Assembly: GCA_003694545.1 (NCBI GenBank)
Contig: RFKD01000051.1
Coordinates: 4,505-68,504 of the forward strand
Length of the DNA stretch: 64,000 nucleotides
From: Candidatus Parcubacteria bacterium
GTDB lineage: Bacteria; Patescibacteriota; Minisyncoccia; Phycocordibacterales; UBA12088
Direction: 5' to 3'
The notes beneath the pieces are model-generated. The model worked only from the letters and a program-made list of their open reading frames with translations, ran no database searches and was not told the DNA's origin. Shown in pieces: positions 26,313 through 34,465 of this stretch; position 1 is the first letter of the stretch, and each line of letters starts with the position of its first letter. Both the position numbers and the translations under genes were made by a program.

Positions 26313-29147
26313 ATGGACAGACAACAAGCTCAAAAGCTGATTAAAGAAACTTTTGAAAATCCTTTTGATAAAGGCAAATTTGCCCGTTTTATAAAAAATC
26401 TCCTTAACCGAGTTGAAGACGCCCCTTTCACGTACCAAGGCAATTATATCCCCGAAGCTTACCAACCTTACATCTCATCGTTGGAGCGTCTTTACAAATA
26501 TTCAGGCGGAGAACATAAGATTGACATACTTGTCGTTCAACTGAAAAAACAAACTTCGCTGGAACGCGCCCGTACCATGCAGCGCAATTTCATTGCCCGG
26601 TACTTAAACGGCAGCCGTGGCGGTGAAATGAAAGATGCCGCGCTGGTTGCCTTTGTTTCTCCTGGTGAAGTGGACTGGCGTTTTTCGCTGATTACAATGG
26701 ACTACCGTTTTGAAGAAACAAAAGACGGAAAAGTAAAAGTCAAAGAAGAATTTACTCCGGCAAGGCGCTGGTCGTTTCTGGTAGGAAGCAACGAAGCCAG
26801 CCACACCGCCCAGAGCCGACTGGTGAACATTCTCGTCGATGATGAGCACCATCCCACACTCCAGCAACTGGAAGAAGCCTTCAACATTGAAACTGTTACC
26901 AAAGAGTTCTTCATCAAATACCGCGAGATGTTTATCCGTACGAAGGAAGAACTGGATACAGTGGTGGCACGAGACGCCAAAATCAAAGCCGATTTTGATG
27001 CCAAAGGTATTGACACGGTCAACTTTGCCAAAAAGCTGCTCGGCCAAATCGTCTTTCTTTATTTTCTGCAAAAGAAAGGCTGGTTTGGCGTCAAGCGGGA
27101 CGCCAAATGGGGTACGGGCTCCAAACATTTTTTACGAGAACTTTTCGAAGGCAAATATGGCAGCTATAACAATTTTTTCAACGATATTCTTGAACCTCTC
27201 TTTTATGAAGCGTTGCGCATCGACCGCAGTCATGACGACCATTATTACAGCCGGTTCAATTGTAAGATTCCGTTTCTGAACGGAGGGCTGTTTGATCCTA
27301 TCGGCAATTACGACTGGGTACACACGGACATCAACATACCGAACGAGCTTTTTTCCAACACAGTAAAAACCAAAGAAGGCGATATTGGTAACGGTATTTT
27401 AGATATCTTTGACCGCTACAACTTTACGGTCAAGGAAGATGAGCCTTTGGAAAAAGAGGTCGCCATCGATCCGGAGCTTTTGGGTAAAACGTATGAAAAA
27501 TTCAACGCTATCCGTCCGGATAATTTTGAAGAATACAAGGCGGCTTTAAAGAGCGGGCAAAAGGGTGCTGAAAACAAGTTCAACAAGACATTTGGTGTTT
27601 ACTACACCCCGCGGGAAATCGTGCATTACATGTGCAAGCAGAGCCTGATTAATTATCTTTTCACTAAGGCGGAAGAAGAGGGGATTTCTAACGATATTAA
27701 AAAGCAAGACATCGAAGACCTGATCGAAATCGGCGAGATGATTACCGAACACGAGGCAACCGCTCTTAACAAAGAGGATAAAATTAGAAACGGCATCCAG
27801 AAATCCACGAAATACGAGAGGCTTTCATCCGACAGTATACGAAAAAATGCCAAAATCATAGATAACTGGCTGGCTGACATTACCGTGTGCGATCCGGCAG
27901 TGGGTTCCGGCGCCTTCCCGGTGGGCATGATGCATGAAATTGTCAAGGCTCGTAATCTCCTTTCCACATTTATTCAAGACCCTAACCGCACCATTTATAC
28001 CTTCAAACGCGAATGCATCGAAAAATCCCTCTATGGCGTGGACATCGACCCCGGCGCGGTGGAGATTGCCAAACTGCGGCTCTGGCTGTCGCTGGTGGTG
28101 GATGAGGATGATATCCGCCAGATCAAGCCTCTGCCGAATTTGGATTATAAAATTGTGTGCGGAAATTCGCTGCTGGGTGTGGAGAAGAATTTGTTTAATA
28201 ACCAACTGTTTGCCGAACTGGAACGACTGAAGCCGCTTTACTTTCATGAAACCAATCCCACAAAAAAGCAGGAATACAAAAAGGAGATTGATGACTTGAT
28301 TAGCCAAATTACCAACGGACATACGGAATTTGATTTTGAGGTCTATTTTTCCGAGGTGTTTCATAAGAAGGGCGGGTTTGATGTGGTGATTGGAAATCCG
28401 CCGTACATCCAACTTCAAAAAGCGATTGATGATAAGCAAAAATACGCTGATCTCTATAAAAATGCATGCTACGAGACTTTTGATAGGTGCGGAGATATTT
28501 ACTGCCTCTTTTATGAAAAAGGCATACACATTCTCCGACCCAATGGCGTTTTGTGTTTTATCACCAGCAATAAATGGATGCGGGCAGGCTACGGCAAATC
28601 TCTCCGAAGATTTTTCCTCAAGCATAATCCCAGACTTTTGATTGATTTAGGTCCCGGCGTTTTTGAAAGCGCGACCGTGGATACCAATATTCTCATAATG
28701 CAAAAATCCGAGGAAAAACCCGCCCCGGTGTGTCTCGATGCTGTTACCTTAACTGAAGAGGCAAAAGAATCGGACATTGCTTTGTATATTAAGAAGAACA
28801 GAAAACGCTTGACGGCTCTGAGCGAGAATGCTTGGTTTATTGGCAGCGCTGCTGAACAGCAACTCAAAGAAAAAATCGAACGCATAGGTAAACCACTGAA
28901 AGATTGGGATGTGAATATTTATTATGGTATTAAAACCGGCCTAAACGAAGCCTTTATCATCACTACTGAAAAGCGTAATGAAATACTAGCAAACTGCAAA
29001 GATGAAGAAGAAAGAAAACGCACCGAAGCCATCATCAAACCTATTTTACGAGGCAGAGATATCAAGCGATATTATCAAGCGATATTATTACGAATGGGCA
29101 GGGTTTTGGGTGATAGTAATTCCAGCAGGCTGGACAAATGTAAATAA
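26313..29147 (+). CDS. gamma-class N6-adenine DNA methyltransferase (Eco57I/PglX/type IIG-like), interrupted near its C-terminus by a frameshift
   Basis: FGVYYTPREIVHYMCKQSL (motif X), CDPAVGSGAFPVG (motif I), VIGNPPYIQLQ (motif IV NPPY), and a long N-terminal domain typical of PglX/type IIG enzymes. The reading frame ends KPILRGRDIKRYYQAILLRMG... just after the ILRGRDIKRY TaqI_C hallmark. Confidence 0.85.
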   Translation: MDRQQAQKLIKETFENPFDKGKFARFIKNLLNRVEDAPFTYQGNYIPEAYQPYISSLERLYKYSGGEHKIDILVVQLKKQTSLERARTMQRNFIARYLNGSRGGEMKDAALVAFVSPGEVDWRFSLITMDYRFEETKDGKVKVKEEFTPARRWSFLVGSNEASHTAQSRLVNILVDDEHHPTLQQLEEAFNIETVTKEFFIKYREMFIRTKEELDTVVARDAKIKADFDAKGIDTVNFAKKLLGQIVFLYFLQKKGWFGVKRDAKWGTGSKHFLRELFEGKYGSYNNFFNDILEPLFYEALRIDRSHDDHYYSRFNCKIPFLNGGLFDPIGNYDWVHTDINIPNELFSNTVKTKEGDIGNGILDIFDRYNFTVKEDEPLEKEVAIDPELLGKTYEKFNAIRPDNFEEYKAALKSGQKGAENKFNKTFGVYYTPREIVHYMCKQSLINYLFTKAEEEGISNDIKKQDIEDLIEIGEMITEHEATALNKEDKIRNGIQKSTKYERLSSDSIRKNAKIIDNWLADITVCDPAVGSGAFPVGMMHEIVKARNLLSTFIQDPNRTIYTFKRECIEKSLYGVDIDPGAVEIAKLRLWLSLVVDEDDIRQIKPLPNLDYKIVCGNSLLGVEKNLFNNQLFAELERLKPLYFHETNPTKKQEYKKEIDDLISQITNGHTEFDFEVYFSEVFHKKGGFDVVIGNPPYIQLQKAIDDKQKYADLYKNACYETFDRCGDIYCLFYEKGIHILRPNGVLCFITSNKWMRAGYGKSLRRFFLKHNPRLLIDLGPGVFESATVDTNILIMQKSEEKPAPVCLDAVTLTEEAKESDIALYIKKNRKRLTALSENAWFIGSAAEQQLKEKIERIGKPLKDWDVNIYYGIKTGLNEAFIITTEKRNEILANCKDEEERKRTEAIIKPILRGRDIKRYYQAILLRMGRVLGDSNSSRLDKCK

Positions 29148-29718
29148 AGGTGAAGTCACCGCAGAAAAATTTATAAACATGAAGTTTCCTGCATTAATGC
29201 AGTATTTGAAAATATATGAAGAAAAAGCCAGAAAACGCGATGATCAAGGTGATTATTGGTGGGAATTACGCCATTGTGCCTACTACCCCGAATTTGAGAA
29301 AGAGAAGGTGGTGTGGAGTGATATTGCCTCAGAACCAACTGTTACCGTTTTACCTAAGGGATTATATTTCAATAATACCGTTTACATGGTTTCTTCAAGA
29401 ACCCCACGCTATTTTGCCGGTATTTTAAATTCTCGCGTGATAAAATGGTATTTCTCTAAAATAGCAACGGATCTAGGAGAAAAAGGTCGGCGCTTTTTTA
29501 AAATCTTTGTTGAGGTTATGCCTTTGATACCCATCACCCCTGCCAACCAGCCCATTGTTCAGCAAATAGAGGCATTGGTAGATAAAATCCTTGCAGAAAA
29601 GAAACAAAACCCGCAAGCAGACACCAAAGAATACGAACACCAGATTGACCAGCTCGTCTATAAACTCTACGATCTGACACCGGAGGAAATTAAGATTGTG
29701 GAAAATTCACGATCGTGA
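29002..29718 (+). CDS. C-terminal TaqI_C-like target-recognition segment of the methyltransferase, in the +1 frame (continuation after the 13-bp duplication)
   Basis: The +1 frame gives DIIKRYYYEWAGFWVIVIPAGWTNV...WWELRHCAYYPEF...YFAGILNSRVIKWYF, which matches the TaqI_C / type IIG specificity-domain pattern (WxELR..YY, LNS.v..wy). Confidence 0.7.
   Translation: MKKKENAPKPSSNLFYEAEISSDIIKRYYYEWAGFWVIVIPAGWTNVNKGEVTAEKFINMKFPALMQYLKIYEEKARKRDDQGDYWWELRHCAYYPEFEKEKVVWSDIASEPTVTVLPKGLYFNNTVYMVSSRTPRYFAGILNSRVIKWYFSKIATDLGEKGRRFFKIFVEVMPLIPITPANQPIVQQIEALVDKILAEKKQNPQADTKEYEHQIDQLVYKLYDLTPEEIKIVENSRS
29064..29089 (+). repeat. perfect 13-bp tandem duplication (caagcgatattat x2) causing a +1 frameshift inside the methyltransferase
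   Basis: Read directly from the sequence: 29064-29076 equals 29077-29089. Removing one copy restores ...ILRGRDIKRYYYEWAGFWVIVIPAGW..., the expected TaqI_C continuation. Confidence 0.9.
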
Positions 29719-31967
29719 ATATGATCACTCGCGTAATAAAAATTAAAAACTGTGCGTCATTTGTTGATTTTGTACCGGGTGCCGACCTGCCGGCATTTAG
29801 GAAATACAACTTAATTTACGGATGGAATGGATCGGGTAAAACCAATTTTTCACGAGTATTACGTTCTTTTGAATTACGGGAAAATTATTATGCTGACTTG
29901 AATAATCCAACAGAATTTGAATTTCAACTTGATAATGGTACAGCAATAAGTCAACAAGATTTAACGGTTTTCCCAAATATTCGAGTGTTTAACAAGGATT
30001 TTATCAATGAGAGCGTTTTTTGTACCGGCGGACCAAAGCCGATTTTCTTTCTGAGTAAAGAAAGTAAGGAAGACCAAGAAAAAATCATGCAACTAGGGAA
30101 TCAATTACGGAAATTGAGAGAAGATTTAGATTTTAAAAGAGCACTCCTTGATAAAGCTAAAATAAGAAAAGAAAAAATGCTTTCTGATAAAGCGCGTGAT
30201 ATTAAAACCGCTCTCACAACATCTCGTAGTGATAAGTACAGAAATTATGAACGGCCAAATCTAGAAAAAGCAATTCAGGACAACGTGAATGAACTTAAAA
30301 GCAATGTCGATAAATATAAATTGGCAGGGGATAGAGTTGCCATTCTCCAAAAGACAATACAACAAACGACTAAGCCAAAAGTTGAATCTTTGGCATTCCC
30401 AGATTTTGATATTTCTGAAACTGTAAGTGAGGTAAAAAAAGTTTTACAGACTACTGTTACTTCTCATATTATTGAGAGTCTTAAATTGGATGAGATGCTG
30501 AATAAGTGGGTAGAGCATGGGCTTTCTATTCACAAGGAAAGAGGGCTGAAAAATTGCGCTTTTTGTAATCAAGTAATCCCGCATCATAGATTTTCGGAAC
30601 TAGAACAACACTTTAACGATGATTACCAAAGGCTTATTGAGGAGCTGAGTAGCTTAAAGCAAACACTTGAAGGTAAAAAAATTTCAATTTCTTTTCCAGA
30701 CGCTTCAAGTTTTTATGACGATTTAATAGAAGAGTATTTAAACGCCAAAAAAGAAGCTGAAGAAATAGTTAAGAAATTTAATCAAAACATAGATTCTCTT
30801 ATTTCTGCTCTTGTGCAGAAGGAGCAAAGGCCATTTTCAAAAGTAGATTTAGAAGAATGGAAACAAGTTGAAATAAGGCCATTTGAAAATATAAACATTA
30901 TTATTTCAAAGCATAACGAAAGGTCAGACAATTTTGATAAACAAATAGATGAAAGTAAACACATTTTAGAGATGCACTATATTGCAGATTTTATCCATTC
31001 TTATTTTGAACAGATGGATGAAATAGAAAAACTAGAGAAAGAAGTTTCGGAATTAGAGAATGAAATAAAAACTAACGAGACGAAAGAAAACGAGTTAAAA
31101 AACTCACTCATAAGTCATCGCATTCCCGCTAATCGGATTAACGAAGACTTGAAGCATTTTTTGGGACGTGATGATATTCGCCTAGTTGCTACCGATAAGG
31201 AGGAAGGTTATCAGATTTTCCGTAACGGAACGCTTGCAAAAGATTTAAGCGAGGCCGAAAAAACTGCATTGGCGCTCGTATATTTTCTGACAAAAATACA
31301 CGAGAAAGGGTTTGACTTGAAAAATGGTGTGATTGTTATGGATGATCCGGTTTCAAGCTTTGATTCTAATTCAATTTTTCAAGCATTTGGGTTTATCAAA
31401 GAGTCAATCAAAGAGGCAAAACAGATTTTTATTTTGACACATCACTTTGACTTTTTTAGACAAGTGAAAAATTGGTTTTCGTATTACAAGGAAGATGAAC
31501 GAGAATTCTTTATGATGGTATGCGGCAAAGAAGATTCAGTGAGAAAGTCCCGAATTGCAACAATCGACAAATTACTGATTGGCTATGAATCCGAATACCA
31601 CTTTTTGTTTAGCATTTTGTACAGATTTGCGAAAAATAATGAAGTACAATTGGAAAACGCATATCCAATTCCAAATATTGCGCGTAAATTTCTTGAGAGT
31701 TTTTTGGCTTTCAGAGTACCTGTTTTAGCAAACGGACGACAAAAAGAGCCGAACTTGTACCATAGATTGGAAAAAATTGATTTTGATAAAAAAAAGAAGG
31801 AACGTATTCTCCGGTTTATTGAAACTCACTCCCATCCGCGATACGAGTCTGGAGTACAAGATTTTGACATGACTATTTTGGGAGAGACGAAAGAAATCGT
31901 GAATGATTTACTTGCTTTAGTAGAGCACGAAGACAAAAAACACTTTGAATTTTTAGTGAAAAGTTAG
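29715..31967 (+). CDS. RloC/PrrC-like AAA_13 family ATPase (restriction-linked anticodon-nuclease-type protein) with coiled-coil CxxC zinc-hook
   Basis: Walker A NLIYGWNGSGKTNFSRVL at the N-terminus. A roughly 400-aa K/E-rich coiled-coil contains NCAFCNQVIPHH (CxxC). ABC-signature-like LSEAEKTALALVYFL, Walker B/D-loop VIVMDDPVSSFDSNS, H-loop IFILTHHFDF, and a C-terminal R/E/H-rich segment (KKERILRFIETHSHPRYE). GTG at 29715 overlaps the upstream stop (GTGA); an alternative ATG is at 29721. Confidence 0.75.
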   Translation: MNMITRVIKIKNCASFVDFVPGADLPAFRKYNLIYGWNGSGKTNFSRVLRSFELRENYYADLNNPTEFEFQLDNGTAISQQDLTVFPNIRVFNKDFINESVFCTGGPKPIFFLSKESKEDQEKIMQLGNQLRKLREDLDFKRALLDKAKIRKEKMLSDKARDIKTALTTSRSDKYRNYERPNLEKAIQDNVNELKSNVDKYKLAGDRVAILQKTIQQTTKPKVESLAFPDFDISETVSEVKKVLQTTVTSHIIESLKLDEMLNKWVEHGLSIHKERGLKNCAFCNQVIPHHRFSELEQHFNDDYQRLIEELSSLKQTLEGKKISISFPDASSFYDDLIEEYLNAKKEAEEIVKKFNQNIDSLISALVQKEQRPFSKVDLEEWKQVEIRPFENINIIISKHNERSDNFDKQIDESKHILEMHYIADFIHSYFEQMDEIEKLEKEVSELENEIKTNETKENELKNSLISHRIPANRINEDLKHFLGRDDIRLVATDKEEGYQIFRNGTLAKDLSEAEKTALALVYFLTKIHEKGFDLKNGVIVMDDPVSSFDSNSIFQAFGFIKESIKEAKQIFILTHHFDFFRQVKNWFSYYKEDEREFFMMVCGKEDSVRKSRIATIDKLLIGYESEYHFLFSILYRFAKNNEVQLENAYPIPNIARKFLESFLAFRVPVLANGRQKEPNLYHRLEKIDFDKKKKERILRFIETHSHPRYESGVQDFDMTILGETKEIVNDLLALVEHEDKKHFEFLVKS

Positions 31968-32416
31968 TGGAAAGTGTTACCCAACTCGTTTGAGAATCTT
32001 TTTAAGAGTTTCTGTTGTCTCCCGAAAACCCGGGCGAAGCCCGAAGGCGAGTGGGCAAAAAGAAAAGGGGGAATGGGGGAAATGAATTTTTGCCTGCTCG
32101 CCAATACCGCGCCGCAGGCGCGGCAGGGGTGGGAAGCGGCTCGTCTCTGCTCAAGCCAGAGAAACAAAGCCCGCAAAGCGCGTTTCCTTAATTGAAAAAG
32201 AGTTTTGCGCGCGCCCGTTAAAAGAAAAAGAAATTGTTGCGTGCTTTACTTGCCGCCGTCAGGCGGCGAGCCGCTGGGCGGGTTCTGCGCCCGTCAGGGC
32301 GCAGATTGTCGCTCAAAGAAAGTTCGAGCGGCGTTCAGTAATTGCGACTAAGGGAATGAAAGAGAGGTGTTGCAAGTATTGCTTTATTCACTCTTCACAA
32401 CAGGGGGGTCAAACGG

Positions 32417-33868
32417 TTGCGGAGCAAGAAACTACGCTGGGAAAAAGAACCGCAACGATTGTTTGAGGCTAACCTTGAGGAACTCCTAGACATCTTTTTG
32501 GCATCCGAATTTTGCACGAGCTTCGGTGCAAGAATTGACACCCTCGGGAGAGAAAAAATGGCGCGCCGGTGCTCATGGGAGACCTACCACTGCTTCAAAC
32601 GAATCTTGCATTTCTTACAAAATCCAGAACCACGCGAGCTAGCAAAGTCCACATTGCGCGATGTGGCGGTGTGGTACAGTTGCGGCATGCTCCATGTGTG
32701 GTGGCAAGACGACTTACCCCAACGCGAGGGATCGTTGGTGCGGAGGATTCTGTCGCTCGCGGCGGGGGGCGAAATTATTTCGTTTGCCGGCGGGTTGCCG
32801 AACGCGAAGCATTTTCCCGTGCAGGAAGTGGGGGAGGTGCTTGCCGCGATTTCGCAAGAGCCGCCCTTGATGCGCCTTGCCTTGCAGTATGGGGAAACCG
32901 ACGGCTACTATCCTTTGCGGGAAATTATTGCTGAAAGCTACGCGCGCAAAGACAATTTACCTATTAAGCCAGAACAGGTTGGAATTACCACTGGCTCTCA
33001 GCAGGCAATTGATCTTCTCTCGCGCGTTTTGCCGCGCGGGAGCGTTGTCGCGGTTGAGCGTCCCACCTATCTCGCGGCGCTCTCGGCGCTGCGCTTGGGG
33101 GAGCACGATTTTGTGGAGGTAGTGCTTGAAGAAGAAGGGCCCGAGGTTGGCTCGCTGCCGGAACGCGCTGCTGCCTTCTATGCTGTTCCTAACTTTCAAA
33201 ATCCTTCTGGTATCACGTGGAGCAACGCGCGGCGCGAGGCGATCGCCAGGTGGGCCCACGAACGAGGGGCGCTTTTGGTAGAGGACGATCCGTATGGCGA
33301 AATCCGCTTTCGCGGCGATCGCCAGCGGCCGCTTGCGGCGTTTGCTCCGAAGCACACACTCTTGCTCGGCTCCTTTTCAAAAATTCTCGCGCCGGGGATG
33401 CGGGTGGGGTGGTTTGTGGCGCCGGAAGGGGGTGGGCGCCTCTTTGAGGAAATGCGCTTCGTGAAGGAATCCGCCGATTTGCACACGAGCACCTTCGCGC
33501 AAGTGGTGATTGCCGAGTACTATCGCCGCGGCTTCGCGCAAGCGCACATTGAGGCTGTGGCGCGCGCGTATGGCAAGCGGGCGGCGCTGATGCGCGAACT
33601 GTTCCATGAGCTTCTTCCCGAGGTGCGCACGACGGACCCGGAAGGAGGTATGTTCCTCTGGGCGGTCCTGCCGGAAGGGATGGATGCGCGCGAACTGTTT
33701 ACCATCGCACTAGAAGAAGGGGTGGCGTTCGTTCCGGGGGATGTCTTTTACGCTTCCGCGCCCGAGAGGCGCACGCTACGGATCAATTTTACGGCGGAGG
33801 ATGAAGGAGGCATTGAGGAGGGGGTGCGTCGTCTTGCGCGCGCGTACGCGCGCTGTCTGCGGCGGTAG
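32417..33868 (+). CDS. PLP-dependent aminotransferase (class I/II fold) family protein
   Basis: LVRRILSLAAGGEIISFAGGLPN, the PLP-lysine region FSKILAPGMRVGWFVAP, and C-terminal GGMFLWAVLPEG. The start is uncertain; alternative Met codons at 32558 and 32687. Confidence 0.75.
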   Translation: MRSKKLRWEKEPQRLFEANLEELLDIFLASEFCTSFGARIDTLGREKMARRCSWETYHCFKRILHFLQNPEPRELAKSTLRDVAVWYSCGMLHVWWQDDLPQREGSLVRRILSLAAGGEIISFAGGLPNAKHFPVQEVGEVLAAISQEPPLMRLALQYGETDGYYPLREIIAESYARKDNLPIKPEQVGITTGSQQAIDLLSRVLPRGSVVAVERPTYLAALSALRLGEHDFVEVVLEEEGPEVGSLPERAAAFYAVPNFQNPSGITWSNARREAIARWAHERGALLVEDDPYGEIRFRGDRQRPLAAFAPKHTLLLGSFSKILAPGMRVGWFVAPEGGGRLFEEMRFVKESADLHTSTFAQVVIAEYYRRGFAQAHIEAVARAYGKRAALMRELFHELLPEVRTTDPEGGMFLWAVLPEGMDARELFTIALEEGVAFVPGDVFYASAPERRTLRINFTAEDEGGIEEGVRRLARAYARCLRR

Positions 33869-34003
33869 CGCGTTGGCGCGTCACGCATACGTCTTTTTCA
33901 GCAAAACATGGCAGAGGCGAAGAGGAGCGTAACGCGTAAGTATATCGAGGTTTGCGGTATTTTGCTGGTTGCGGTGTAAGGTGTTATAACATACCTACCT
34001 GTT

Positions 34004-34402
34004 ATGGAGCAGAAACCAACTTTGCGCCTTCCAGCAGGCGAAGTGGCCTATTGGCGCGCCCGACAATTGAGCAAAGCCGCTGGCGATCACTCGTGCCCGC
34101 TGTGTCGCTCGCCGTCTCTCCGCGAGTTTTCTTTCTGGCGCCTTATTCTCAACGATTTCCCCTACGACAAGATAGCCCGCACGCACCATATGCTCATTCC
34201 CAAGCGGTGCGTGCCCCAAGAAGCGCTGACTTCACAAGAATCCGCCGAACTTGAGGACATCAAAAAGCAGCTCGCTGAAAACTACCATTACTATATCGAA
34301 GCAACACCGCAACAGCGCTCTGTTCCTGGGCACTACCATTTACACTGCGTTGAGCTTGGAGGCCCTTGTTCACAACCTGATCATAACCCGGAGCGCGAGT
34401 AG
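34004..34402 (+). CDS. HIT (histidine triad) family protein
   Basis: HIT motif GHYHLHCV (HxHxHxx) near the C-terminus, and a CPLC motif near the N-terminus. Confidence 0.6.
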   Translation: MEQKPTLRLPAGEVAYWRARQLSKAAGDHSCPLCRSPSLREFSFWRLILNDFPYDKIARTHHMLIPKRCVPQEALTSQESAELEDIKKQLAENYHYYIEATPQQRSVPGHYHLHCVELGGPCSQPDHNPERE

Positions 34403-34465
34403 CATAATTGAGTAACATAATATTGCCGCTCTGCGCTTCGTGAAGTTTGGGCCGCTTTCAGTTAT

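Larger units (their letters stand above)
22364..32000. mobile_element. AT-rich genomic island inserted at the 3' end of tRNA-Pro, carrying a defence module
   Basis: Composition drops abruptly from GC-rich to AT-rich directly after the tRNA-Pro CCA and stays low through the end of the RloC-like gene (31967). Cargo is a recombinase remnant, an XRE regulator, a PLD-SNF2 protein, an N6A methyltransferase and an AAA_13 ATPase. The right boundary is approximate, and no convincing direct repeat of the tRNA-Pro 3' end was found. Confidence 0.7.

Noticed and set aside
32300-32340. Putative attR (partial tRNA-Pro 3' end) at the right edge of the island
   Set aside because: Only agttcgag + cggcg matches the tRNA T-arm region, which is too short and degenerate to call a direct repeat.
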